Source of the DNA: Trichoplax adhaerens | Lineage: Eukaryota; Animalia; Placozoa | Assembly (NCBI RefSeq): GCF_000150275.1 | Contig: NW_002060982.1 | Location: 7,683 to 71,682, forward strand | DNA length: 64,000 bases | Direction: 5' to 3' | Shown here: positions 25,301 through 38,358 of the stretch, one piece after another | Layout of the letters: the number at the start of each line of letters is the position of its first letter | Position numbering within the stretch: position 1 is the first letter of the stretch | Position numbers and translations under genes: made by a program | The notes under the pieces: model-generated | What the model saw: the letters and a program-made list of their open reading frames with translations, nothing else | Database searches by the model: none | Told to the model about the DNA's origin: nothing

Positions 25301-27709
25301 CTTACCCTTAATTCATGAATGATACTGGATTATTTATATTAATGCAAACAGGATTGCATTTGAAAGGGTGCAAAATTTATCAATAATATGACAATATCTA
25401 CTATTACGAACGACAGATTTTTCTCGTTCGGTAGCATTCTATACTCTCCTAGTTTCTACGTAAGGATTACGCGAGTACTTTTTCATCATTTTAGCGAGAA
25501 TTTTATTGAAAAATTTTTCCGATAAAATGGTTGTAATTAGTAAATAAAATTCTAAAATTTTTGCATCCGCAGTTTTGTCATAATATAGCAATCTAAACAA
25601 AATTTGTTACGATCCGAAAGAAACAGTTGACGATGTATGTGTTAGTAGATCATATTAGAATATGAATATTTTAATTTCAGTAGTTATGGATATACAAAAA
25701 TAACAGCATATAGATAGACAAAGAATCTTACTTTATCTTATTTCAGTCATGGTAGTGGTTTTGCTAACTAGAAATTTGATAACAGATAAAGCGACATGAT
25801 ACTTACTATAAGTACTATTACGGTATTGGTGTTTAATATCATGTTGTTGCGATGCTGTCATCGTATTTTTTTAGATTAGTTTGCTATTCTTCCCAAAATT
25901 GTTTATTACATTAGATGTTAATGGAAATCTGAATTAATTGTGCTTACGATAATGATGTTCACTACTAGTCTTAACTGAGCATCAGTATTGTTTATTTACT
26001 TCAGCTTGAGATGTTATTAATAATTAATGTTGTTTACAACTGGACTCTATACTGAGTCATATTACAATTTATGTCTTGTTTCTCATACTAATGTAAGTAA
26101 ATGATATAAAACATGTTTCTCTGTATTGCACCACCTACGTGTGTCGATCGTATATAAGGCCGAGCAGATACTATATCGAGGAATTGCTATTTCTTTATTA
26201 TACGATCAGGTCCATACTTTTTGGGTAATCTTAGAATAAAACTCATAAAGCTAAACAACCTTCTAGCCACTCATAGTGTTATGGTCAACCCCCGGGAATC
26301 GGCCATTTCAAGGGACTAGCCGAACAACTTCGGCCATTCCCTATGACTGGTCGAGCAACTAGCCATTAACTCGGTCAATCCCTATAAATGACCGAAAAAC
26401 GTTAATTTTTATGATGCTTTAAAAAAATCTATTAAACATCAAATTAAATAACCCTGATTGATCTAATCTAGCTTTGGATTACAATAATATTTGATGAGAT
26501 TTATTTCCTCTTATAACTTCAACTCAGAAAGAAACCTATTAGTATACTTAGCCTGACTAAAAGGTAATTATTATAAATTATCGGAAATAATGATATAAGA
26601 TTGGAGAATTTTATGACCGGGGAATTTCATAGACTAGCCTTTGATGAAATCATCGATGTGCCTAATGAAGTCGTTTCTAACTCTAATACTAAATTTATTT
26701 TCAGCTAATTGCTATGGTATTCTTGACCCGAAACGTGTTCACATGGTTTGGGGTTTAAGCAAGGTAGTGTCGACTTATTACTAAGAGATAGCTAACAGCA
26801 AAGATTTGCTATTAAAAATATTGACAATGTCTTTACACATTGAAAATATGACTAGAATATCCAGGTGTTGTGGTTTCCATTTATTGATAAAAGGCGAGTT
26901 ACATATATAAATTTGATGAATTTATGTAAAATATACTAAAATAGGACTTTGCATTGTCGGCATTGCGAGTTAGCATAGCTTGGACACAAGATAGGAGAGT
27001 CTACAATACCTTAGCTAATTTATCGTATTATCATAGCATTCCACGACCCGTTCAGGTAGAATCAAGTATCATCATATCATTTCACTAATCCCTAAATAAA
27101 GTATATTATAGTGTATACGTAAAAATACGTAAGTGTTTGTATAATTTTCGCATTAATAGACTGATAATGTTCTAGTTAAAGGTTAACATGCCTGTTAGAG
27201 TCAAAGCACTAATTCGGCCAGCAGCATTTGAATAAGCTTTATAAATTTTTTGTAACGTGACGACTAGTTTATCATCTATAGTAATCAATTGTATGAATAA
27301 AATTTTTGAAGGACATCATATCTAATATTTTAGGAGATCATGGTTTGTTTAACTATACTATATGCTTATTTTTTAATAATTAATTTAAATCAATATAACT
27401 GATTCATACTAAGCTTTGGATATTTTCCTATGACATAATTTATAGCAACTAATATCATTATTTGCGATTTTAATCATACAAATCGAAAATTTAGCAATAT
27501 AAAAGTTTAATTATGTTAGACTTTATGCTATGCTACACCGTAGATTCTATGCTATAACGCTATGAAGTTAAATCTAACATAAATTAGCTTGAGGAATTAA
27601 TTGATGTCGATTTATCTTTAGCTTGTTTAACACTATTCATATCAAAATTTGGTGCAATACATTATCTGAAGATAGAATTAAAATACTCATCCTTTAAAAA
27701 CTACATTAC

Positions 27710-28195
27710 TGTGATGGAGGGTTCGATATCTCAGAGGATTGAGATTTAGTCGCCATTTACAATTATTACAACAAAGGGTTTATAAAAGTTATGCTTTATT
27801 GTCGGTTAGTAATGTGAAGTACAGTGAGGTAGTTACGGTAGATCAGCGTGCAAGCTGTCGTGAGTAACGAGTAGAAGTATTAGACTGTGAGAGACTAACT
27901 AGAAGACTAACAGAGAGGCTAATAAACTCTGAGGTAGAAATCGCCGGTATTTATAGTTTTAAAGATAGAGCACATGCAGAGAATAGGATTGTGGAATTAG
28001 ATACAACATATACCATAACAGGTTACAAAATAGCAGATGATTGTAGAAAACAGCGAGTACCGTAATAACTAAATACAGTAGTCTATATATGAATGTAGAG
28101 TAAGCGGACTGTAGATCTGTCTAAATATAAGAGCAATACAACATGTCTATATTTAAGAGTAGAATATAGTTACAGTATATTCTAAATACACTACA
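27710..28195 (-). mobile_element. solo LTR (486 bp) with 5-bp TSD ATTAC
   Basis: TGTGATG...CACTACA termini; ATTAC at 27705-27709 and 28196-28200; minus-strand TATAAATA near 27953 then AATAAA near 27800; same TGTAGTG terminus as the 9948 family. Confidence 0.8.
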
Positions 28196-30010
28196 ATTAC
28201 TTTTATAACTAATAATTTAGCTTTTACATATCGTACCTAACTACCTACATGATGAAAATGTTACATGAACTCTATAATATCAAAGCTAGCAGATCATATT
28301 TCTACTTTGTAGAGGCTAATATACGTTAGTCAATATACTTGAGAGGATTAGTTACTAAAATGTTAGCTTCCAAAAAATTAATAATGCTATTGTATACTAT
28401 CTTGAACTAATGCTCCTTTTACGTTATGATTATACAAATAGAATGGCTAGGTAAAATTTATTTACCGACAATGAGACTTAGACTATACAAGTCTCAATAG
28501 GTTGTAACTTAGACTCTAAAGCGATTACAAATCCCTTTATTAACTCACAGCAGGCTTATTTCTTTGGGTGAACCTTCAAAAAGTAAAGTATCTTTCTCAT
28601 CTAAATACAGTTGCATACTGATTAACACTAAACTCGAAACTTCAGTTTGATTTTGTATAAATAAATATTTTTCTACACTTGCCCATTCTCACAAATTATA
28701 GTATTTAAAGGAAAATATATTACTGGCCGAAGTAAATCTTTGATCGAAATTACTGCGCGATGGCGTCTACGTTATGCCAGGTTATGCTTTTAGCTGTACT
28801 AAAAGGGGTTGCTTTCGGATTGTTTTCTCGGACCATGACAAAATTGTTACCGCTGGTTAGCGTTTATTCTATATTCCATGTATTATTTGAATTTACGAAT
28901 ACTTTTTGCGTATTACCAGTACGTAATAATATACTTACAACAAAGATTGTAGTTATAAATTGATTAGATTAAGTTAATTCTCTTGAACTACTAATGAAGC
29001 CGGTTACTAAAGAAACAAAAATACCAATAATCTGGTAAAAATTACTCTCTCACTAACTGAAGTATCAATTGGTGATATCTGTTGTTAAAAGTTGCCAATT
29101 TCAATAACATTTTAAAGGCGGAAATCCTGCATACACACAGCTGTCTAAAGCATGACGCTTTATAACCCGGTAGGAGTGCTGTTGCCGTATTAAAGTGGAA
29201 GATGATAGTATATCTTTAATACAATTTGTACGACTATCGTTGACGTTTAATTATCATAGATAGAGAAGGTCTTCTCTATCTTATCATTATATTATTTTCA
29301 TCTGTACTTGTATAATCCTAACTGCCTATTAAATACATGCTGTCAGATCGCCTATGATTATTACGGACAGTCCAAAAAAACTTTTTTATTATAATTATAA
29401 TTATTGGGCTTATTTTGCAATAGATGTAACTATATCTAAATGAGGATATACTTAATTGATCTAATACCGAACAAAACGTTAAAAAGATAAACAAACAATT
29501 TTCGTAACCTATCAGAACAATTGTAAAATGATATTCTTATAGAAATTTGCAATTTTAATGTAAAAATTGAAAGAACAATTTGAAGTCGAGACCCATTTTA
29601 GATACTCATAGTTTGATATAACAGTTAATACAATTTAATCTAACTAGCTATATCATTAACTATACAATTTTAGTACTATTGAAAGGCCTTCACTTTCGTC
29701 AGGTCAGTCATAAATCGGTTAAAATTGAAGTTATAGTTCTACATATTGGTATATTTCTGTATCGCTGGTAAGATAAAATAAGTATATTTTAAAGCTGTAG
29801 GCATATTAATCTATTATGATACAATGGATATCAAAATGATTAGAAGATGAATGTGTATCGAAGATTATAGTAGCAATGGATACGCGTCTATCTACAATCA
29901 TGAAAGAAATGTAGGATCGGACGTTAACACAACAATTGATCGGTTTTATGATAGGCTCGCTACCGCAATATCTACTGTTAGCTCAATTACGGTGCCGTAC
30001 TATCTACGAG

Positions 30011-30036
30011 TATATATATATATATATATATATATA
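30011..30036. repeat. (TA)13 microsatellite
   Basis: Direct read. Confidence 0.95.
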
Positions 30037-30282
30037 CAACTGTCTAATTACCATTGCACAAAAAAATGAGAAAACCCCTGATATAGTAGGATTGGTATAT
30101 TGAAAATTACTCCTATTCTAAGATTATTAACGATCTGAAAATAATAATCAAATGATGTGTATCGATACGTGTATAGTAAATATAAAAGATAAAAATGTGA
30201 AGTTTTCTATGTGAAATTTTACATGCAGCAATTACAATTTCTTGTTAACTTTGAAGATCATATTAATTATAAAAGAATTATC

Positions 30283-32178
30283 TCATTCGTGTACTGCAGT
30301 AGTACTCAAATTCAATGCGGCTGCCATACGGAATATACCCGGTAGCATGCCAGTAAAGGTATTAAACATTTCTTCGGATATACCTTTCGGAATTAGAAAT
30401 TGGACTATACATGCTTGATTATTGCTCCACATTTCATTTTCCATCATGAAACCTTTGACACATTTAAAAATTAATTCAGCCCTTTTAACACACCATGAAA
30501 TTGTCATCTCTTCCGTCATTTCATTGACAAGAAGTAAAGGTATAGTGATAGTTGTGACATCATTGGATGCAGCTGTATTTAATGCATTACGTAAGCCAGT
30601 CAAGATAGGATGGCGATTAGGTAACCGATCGGATTTGACATCATCATTGACCACTAAATGATAGACTACATGTATATCGGATAAATTAGAATGGTGAGTA
30701 GAATAGAAATCACCTAATGCCAAGACTACAGAATCATCATCCTCATCCCAAAAGCTATCACGTCGAAGAGAAGAGAGTGTCGCGGATCGATTGCGTTGAT
30801 TTTCAAGGTAGCCAGCTTTAACAGCAGAGTCCATATTAGAAATTGCATCAGATACTGATGGATCATAACTGTGTTGATCTTCGGGTAACATTTCTAGTGA
30901 ATCGATATCATTATCTTCGCTGTCTTGTCTTTTAGCTCGTGTTGATTGGGATTTTTGAATACTACGGCGGATATGATGTAATTGCTCTGGATGGGATAGA
31001 AAGTGAAATTCACTGGATTCTTCGCATATCATGGCAAATTCATTCTTGATACCAGTATAACAATTGGGTTTATCATCTACAAGTAATATTAAACCATTTA
31101 ATGTTGACGAATATAACGATAGTGCTGTTTGAATCCTTTGAGGTGGTGGTCCTATACCACTACCGATTGAGCCGGTATAAGCACTCCTGCATAAATCAAG
31201 TGGGTGACCAATCATTAAGCGTATATTATGCATGGTTTTCTTTTGTGTTCCTAAATAAATTGTAAAACTTTCTTCCATTCTGTTGTCGACATGATTATTG
31301 GATTCATGATTTAAATGGCTATCAGGTGCAGCTCTGGATAGCGTTGCAACAATACTATGTGGCATAGAAAGTGTTCTTTCAGTAGGTACACCATTATTTT
31401 CGACCATACTGTTATAGACACGTACCATCCAAGCATAAAATTCACGCTTTTGATTTTCCATCAAATCCGATAGAGTACTATTCCATTTAGCATTTTTGAA
31501 TTGTAACTCTTCCATATGTTGAGCAGCTAATCGGCTGACTTTACGATCGGATGCTATGCCTGATTGAATGGCAATTTCCAATTGTTGTTGATGTTGAATT
31601 TCAAATTGTTCCAGTTCTGTATTACGTTGTTTGACAATTTCTTTGACTACCGATGCGTAGGTATACTCTAATTGTAAGATTGCTTCCATTGCCGGTGAAT
31701 GAATTAAAGCATGATAAACTTGTGCCACCGATTGACCATTATCCAATTGAATGGATTGAACGGCATTCCTTTTATTGCTGTGATCACTCCAATGAGCTAC
31801 TTCATCTTGTAAACATTTACACCAATGATCAGAAATATCCTTAATCACATCTGGACCGAATTGTTTCAAATGATGAATCGATTGCTCGGCTTTATCCACT
31901 TGAAGTTGGCATAATGTCGACGATACAAATTCTTTCAACGAAGCTTGTAACTTGCCAAGCAGATAACATGGTAAATTGTGCGCGGTTATTAATCGATGTG
32001 CTAATTCATTAGTATGGCATGTTAAGGGGACGACAATCTTGACTTTTAAAAGTTTCTTACGCCCACTATTTTGATAGTAGAAGTGGAATTCTTTGTCGAC
32101 TTTTGGATAGATCAATTGATCTTTAATCTTATTTTTGCGCTGATGTCGATCATGATGTTGGCGGTTGTTACTGGCCAT
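30283..32178 (-). CDS. C12orf4: C12orf4 / FERRY3 homolog (DUF2362-like), intronless, about 631 aa from first ATG
   Basis: Recognisable blocks HNLPCYL, YHALIHSPA, EESFTIYLGTQKKTMHNIRL, LYSSTLNGLILLVD, EFHF, HSNLSDIHVVYHLV, WCVKRAELIFKCVKGFMME. The ORF-track start at 32217 is GTG; first ATG is at 32178. Confidence 0.9.
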   Translation of the reverse strand: MASNNRQHHDRHQRKNKIKDQLIYPKVDKEFHFYYQNSGRKKLLKVKIVVPLTCHTNELAHRLITAHNLPCYLLGKLQASLKEFVSSTLCQLQVDKAEQSIHHLKQFGPDVIKDISDHWCKCLQDEVAHWSDHSNKRNAVQSIQLDNGQSVAQVYHALIHSPAMEAILQLEYTYASVVKEIVKQRNTELEQFEIQHQQQLEIAIQSGIASDRKVSRLAAQHMEELQFKNAKWNSTLSDLMENQKREFYAWMVRVYNSMVENNGVPTERTLSMPHSIVATLSRAAPDSHLNHESNNHVDNRMEESFTIYLGTQKKTMHNIRLMIGHPLDLCRSAYTGSIGSGIGPPPQRIQTALSLYSSTLNGLILLVDDKPNCYTGIKNEFAMICEESSEFHFLSHPEQLHHIRRSIQKSQSTRAKRQDSEDNDIDSLEMLPEDQHSYDPSVSDAISNMDSAVKAGYLENQRNRSATLSSLRRDSFWDEDDDSVVLALGDFYSTHHSNLSDIHVVYHLVVNDDVKSDRLPNRHPILTGLRNALNTAASNDVTTITIPLLLVNEMTEEMTISWCVKRAELIFKCVKGFMMENEMWSNNQACIVQFLIPKGISEEMFNTFTGMLPGIFRMAAALNLSTTAVHE

Positions 32179-32499
32179 GCTACGCCTTTTGCCTTTTCGA
32201 CGATGGTCACAGTTCACCTTAGCAATACAGTCACGGACCCAAGCTAGTATTGAATGTCTTCACCGATTCCAATCTCGCAAAGTCGAGCGATTCACTGCGT
32301 TTACGATTTTATTTTCCCCTTGTAATGATTGCAATAGGAGATTTTATCCTTGGCCGATGGATAGTTAGTCAATCTTGATGATAGCAACTTGATATTCTTC
32401 TTCAACTTCGGATGTGGTTACTGCCGGCATTGCATGCCTACTAGCTTCTCGATTACCTCTCGCATTCTCTTCAATGTTACTATAGCACTTGATGGTGTG

Positions 32500-33640
32500 C
32501 ACTCATACTGTACTCTATCATGAGTACTGTACGTCCTGTCCAGTACAGTACAGTACACTCGTCATGGCAACTACAGTACACAGTACTGTAAGAACTGGAT
32601 TACAGTACAGTGTACTGTAACCCCAGAGGTCCCCCCAAAACATGGAGTGCTCACTTTTACCCTGCTCAGCGGTATCGTAAGTAACTCATTATCCTCATCA
32701 TTGACTGTGGAATGGACTCCATTCGCATCATTGAGTCATTTCATTCTTGACGGTAGTTGCTGTGATAGTTTACTATGTACTACACTGTATGTCCATCAAT
32801 GTATCCACGATATCGTCGATGTATCTGCGTTACTAGATCATTTAACGCATGAAATTTATTTGACGCTGTATGCGATTGAACGCTGCAAAATACTCCATCT
32901 CACCTCGTCCTATCAAAACAGACACTCGACTGCATTCGATTCATTGGACGATGTATAGGATTCAACACTGCAAAGTCTTCAATTGACCCTCGTAATATGA
33001 AAACCTACTGTCTCTTGATATTGTTTTCATGCTATACCACTACATTGCATACTGTGCAGTGTACAATTTAGGCAGTCCTGACTGTCAATGGTGTGAAAAG
33101 GCAATGGCAACCCGATAGAATCCGATCCAATGGATCATTTTCCAACCCCAAATGAGTAGAATTGCCATACAAACACCGTCATACTATGGAAATTCTTGGC
33201 CCCAATCGACCGCTTGCTGTCGGGTTTCGGGTTGACGGACCCTGGACGAGAAGACTACAGTACAGATCTCCGTCTACAGTGTACAGTACAGTATAATATT
33301 ACATACTGTATAATTATACAGTACTGTATTAGTTATATTACTGTAACAGTACTGTACAGTATTGTATATTAAGTAAAATTAATATTATAGTACAGTACAG
33401 TATACTGTTTCTATACTCATCCTTCTGTACAGTACAGTACACTGTTCAGTAGGACCAGACCAGACCAAGAAAACTACAGTACTACAGTCCGCACTGTACA
33501 GTACTGTACTGTACGCCACTGTACATAGTACTGTATGACTGACCAGTCAACCAAGTGCCATGCACGCCCTCAACACAACTCGGCGAACTCGCCACATCTT
33601 GAAAAGAGAGCAGGCACGTCGAGCGTAAAGCTGTTGGAAA
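32500..33640. promoter_or_regulatory. divergent promoter region C12orf4/ZDHHC17 with TACAG/CTGTA arrays
   Basis: Head-to-head genes; motif blocks at about 32505-32620 and 33255-33540. Confidence 0.65.
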
Positions 33641-33644
33641 CAGC

Positions 33645-36600
33645 ATGGAAGAAATGAAAGAAAGCACTTCTCTGACCCAAGCCAATGCAACTTTTCAAAA
33701 TCCAAATAATGTATGCCTAAAATAACAGTGTAATCAATAGGTAACCTGATCCTTTTTCGCCTCTATTCCAATTCATCTCCACGTCGTTCCACTAACGAAC
33801 AATGCTTACCCAGCCAAGTTGTTGTATCTTAGTAACCAATTGGTCAAGCTCGCTTCACTTGGCCACTCTTGACAATAACCCACACTCAATAGTAATCTTC
33901 ATCATTCATCCGATTCTTCACTTATATGTAGATAGAGATGTAGGGTACTATTCATGATTGAGAATCAATTTCTAGACTAGGTTAAGTTGGACGAGCTTTC
34001 ACGACCTACATCTTTCATTTTTTCCCCTTTGCAAAGTAATGACTTCTAGCTGTTGCTAATTGAATTGAATGACCTACATCTTTTATTTTTTCCCCATTGC
34101 AAAGTATTGACTTCTAGCTGTTGCTAATTGAATTGAATGTAACGTAATATGCTGGTGGATCATGGAAGTCAGTATTGTTCAAAACGAAGACAAATTCTAT
34201 TGCTGGTAGTTATAGGCTAGACTACAGTAGGCTCCATTGTAAGCTCATCGGTAGCAATGAAAGCGTTCTAGTGTCATATAAGCTAATCAATCATTACTCT
34301 TAAAAGCTGTTAATCAGACCACGCTTGATTGGACAGCTCTACGGTCTGCCAACCTTTAGATTAGGAATGATCGAGGAAGGACGCAGTCTGTACAACTCTT
34401 TTGACAATAAATCAATGTCACAGTAGCACCTCACTCACTCTTGGCTTAGATCAGGCCCAGTCCTCTTTACCCCTAGGATCAAAATTAAAAGAGAATACTG
34501 CATACATTGACTGCAGCTTAGGATAGACCTGCAATCATAATGTCAGCAAACGGTATAGAGTAAAACTGTATTGTCAAGAACCGATTACAGATAGCAACTC
34601 ACTATCTGATTGTTGAAGCAATAAAATTAAAATTCAGTTGCGATATTACGGCATGTTTCACAGAAATTTACCATTGATGATCATTTTTTTGGATGACATA
34701 TTAGAACAATGCCAAACCTGCTGCAGTCGAAAGTGTCAATAACCAATTTGAAGGTGATCCTGTTCCTGGTAAGCAAAGGCAAAATAAAACATTAGATTAT
34801 TCCGAATTCGATCTAGCACAAGCTGCTCAACATGGCGCATTCGAGAGATGTGTACAGCTAGTAGATGAAGCGCAAGCTGATGTTTGCCAAACTGATGCAG
34901 AGGGCATAACGGCATTGCATTGGGCTGCGATCAATAATCGATTAGAGATTGCTGAGTAAGTGCAGTTCAATTTGGATAAATGATCAGCAACTGAGTCCCT
35001 ATGTGGCGTAATCGTTCTACAGTAAATAAAATTATTCTTTTCTCTTAGATTTTTCGTTCTTAGAGGTGCAGATATCAATGCACAAGGTGGCCTCCTGAAA
35101 GGGACACCTATAAATTGGGCGACAAGACAAGGACACTTAAAAATGGTCGTCTTGTTAATGAGACATGGAGCTGATCCTTCTATTAAAGATACTGAAGGTA
35201 GAATTCGTTCACTCTCCGAAATGTTGCAACTTTATATGTTTATTATCGCCTTCTACTGATGTACTCGCACTTCAACGATTAATATGATAGGATATGCTTG
35301 CCTTCATCTGGCTTGCCAGTTTCATCATACCAACATTGCTGCTTACTTAATAGCAAAAGGCGAGGTAAATTCTGAACGGTGATCTTACTTGATTCGTTAA
35401 ATTAAATGATTATAATTCGTATTTTGAAATACAGCATTTGACATCAGGTACAAATTATATCAAACAAATTTATACAAATGGTTGAAATCAAGATTCTTGC
35501 AAAATGTTACTATATGCTTCATAATGGTACTGCTTGATTTATATTGGATTAGGAAATAGACATGATGGACGACAATGGTATGACACCGCTGATGTGGGCA
35601 TCTTACAAATGCCATGGGTAATAAGAGAGCCTGTTTTAGTTTCGAATACATTACGTTTAACTTACATTAACGGAGCATCCCATATAGCTTCAATACCTAT
35701 ACAGTTATATTCTTTGTTGTGATTATTTTTACAAGTACCATAACTTGAGACAATCGACATGATTACGAAATAGTAATGCAGGTTATTCACTAGGCTTAGA
35801 ATTTTTTGCATCATAACCAATTTATAATTTATCATCGTACGCATGTCTCTACCTCTACATACTCTACGTACAAATAACGCAGGATAAATTACATTAATCT
35901 ATTGTAGAATAGACCCTGTGCGTTTACTAATATCCTGCGGTGCTGCTTTAAACTTTCAAGATAATGTTCACCTTAATTCAGGTCGGTTAAATTAAAGCTA
36001 CTTATTCTCTCGTAACAATATCAATTTCCAATCAATGGGTATACAATTGCTTACTAATCACTAACTTATATGCTTACAAAATAGCTATACATTGGGCTTT
36101 AACTTCTAATAATGGTAGTGCAATAAGTCAATTGTGTAATGCTGGCTGTACATTAGATCTGGTCAATGCGAAGGTTAGATGATGATCAAAATGATTAATT
36201 TGTGTAAAGATTTCCCTACTTATAAGATTCCTATGATCGTGTAAATGATCTCTGCTTATTGTTAACGTGAGAACTTTAATATCGATATATTTGGTCATGC
36301 TGTAGAAAGAAACTCCTTTAGATATTGCTGTAGCAAAAAAGAATAATTTTGCCATTAAAAAAATTGAAGGCAAACTGAAAAAACAGAAACCGTCTGGGAA
36401 TAGGATTATTGTTTGGATGACATTAAATAAGGTGCTTTTTTAGAATTCAATTGAATACAAAATTGATACAATATGTTATGGTAATAGAATCAATTTAGTT
36501 ACTCTGTGCAATCTATCGTTTCTCTTTACTAGGAATTGGGTAACAAGGTTATGTTCATATACCCGATTATGGCCTTCGGTGGTATTGGTCTATGTTTGCA

Positions 36601-38358
36601 GTATGGAAGTTCGTTATTGTGGTCAATGCTATATTTGATCTTATTGTGGATAGTATCAGCCCAAGTATTAAAGTAAGATAAAAGATTTGAGATTTTGCTT
36701 CTTTAGTATCGTAATAACATAAGTATTTTATAAATTACCTCTGCTCTCAAATTCTCCTTTACCAAATATCGAAATAGAATTTTTTTAAGAAATACAACAT
36801 TGATTGAAAGTCCAATCATGGCTTCGTGGTATACTGCCACTAAATCTTGGATGTACTTTACCTGGATTTACTTATTTTGGCCATGTATCTGACCACATAA
36901 TACAAAATATGATGTTTATTGCATTATTGTAACACTACAAAGTTCACTAACAATGTTACTTTCCTTAATCTATTGCCATCAGTTGTAACTGACTTGCCAA
37001 CACTTTTAGTATTTGTAATTTCCACCACTGGCATCATGTACAATTTTTACCGCGTGGTGTTTAGCGATCCAGGGTATTTAGTTGCTAGTTTAGAACAAAA
37101 GAAAAAGGTTAGCGACCGCAATGTAACCATCTTGTCAGATTTCTTTTACTTTACCGGGTATATCTGACCTTTAGGCTATCATTTACTTGGCTGAGCATGA
37201 TGAACTTACCGTGGATACGTTCTGTTCTACATGTTTGGTTAGTTTGATTAATATTTTCTTCTCGAAATTAACAAATCAATTGTATCATATAGGCTATAAC
37301 GCCTAGCACTCTGGAATATGGTCATCGATTTACTAATAATATCGTATCATTCTAAATCTATACAATATCGTAGCTCAGGAAGCCAGCACGTTCGAAACAT
37401 TGTTCGATATGTAATAAATGTGTAGCAGCTATGGATCATCACTGCCCGTGGATTTTAAATTGTGTTGGTTCGTTCTAATGTACATTATTTGGAATTTTCG
37501 AATGTACTTGGGAACGTAGTTGGTAATACCCAATTTTTTAACGCTGTTCTACTTTGACATTTGTAGGAGCAAAAAATCACAAATATTTTGTACAATTTTT
37601 ATTTTTCTTGGTTGTATTAAATTTTTTATACGCTTTTGGCGCCCGTCGATGTAAGAATTATCATGTCGTAATTATACATAAATATAGCTTTAGTATTATG
37701 TTAGTAGATTGAATTGATTCATTTTACGTAAAGACTATAACGGAGCTTGCCCGGCCTATAGCAATAACGATTCTGGATGGCTGTATCATTGGATTGTGAT
37801 TGCATTCAAATGCTCGCCATGGGCGTTCTGGTTGGAATTAAACTCATGGTTTCACTGCTGCTGGATTGGTATGCTGTTTGTTTGTCAGTTTTATCAGGTA
37901 CGTCTATGTGCCCATAAATGAACATTGAAACAGATCAGAGGGTGAAATTTTATTAATCTTAATCACTTAACATCGACATTCACAGTTTCATTTATCTATT
38001 AGATGATAATCCTTGGTATGACAACAAATGAACGTATGAATAGCTATAGGTATAAACATTTTTACAAGAATGGGAAAATCGCCAGTCCTTTTAGGTTAGT
38101 GGTTGAAGGTAGCTTATTCGTAACTGAAAAATATAAAATACATGTTCTGTAGTGTTGAAATGATTTAATTCGTAAAGAATAGCTAGTTGTAAAGCTGAGT
38201 GTATTTTTCTCTTGTTTAGTCGTGGTATTATAGGCAATTTTATCCAGTTTTTTGAATGCAGTTGTTGTGGACTTTTTCAAATATATCGCATTGATTGGAG
38301 TAACAAGTATCAGCATAACTTGATACCGGAAGAAAACGACATCTACTGGGAAGTATAA
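33645..38358 (+). CDS. ZDHHC17: Ankyrin-repeat DHHC palmitoyltransferase (ZDHHC17/HIP14 - ZDHHC13 family), multi-exon
   Basis: Spliced translation gives [26 protein letters not shown] (from 34705), [63 protein letters not shown] (about 37220-37470), GMTTNERMN, and C-terminus [14 protein letters not shown] (38358). First exon 33645-33710 is less certain. Confidence 0.93.
34003..34138. repeat. 68-bp tandem duplication in ZDHHC17 intron 1
   Basis: GACCTACATCTTT...GAATTGAAT at 34003 and 34071, about 3 mismatches. Confidence 0.92.
36885..36982 (+). other. candidate U12-type (minor) intron in ZDHHC17
   Basis: Phase-1 intron, donor GTATCT, TTCCTTAAT branch-point-like motif about 14 nt before CAG, no strong pyrimidine tract. 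Confidence 0.55.

Noticed and set aside
25630-26270. Possible further LTR (TATATAAG near 26150, AATAAA near 26235)
   Set aside because: No convincing TG...CA boundaries with a TSD
28500-28963. 67-aa ORF and stop-interrupted minus-strand frames
   Set aside because: No recognisable domain; cannot support a gene or pseudogene call
32647-32958. 103-aa ORF in the divergent promoter (also 45910-46242 and 33482-33685)
   Set aside because: No homology recognised; the latter two are translations of TACAG repeats
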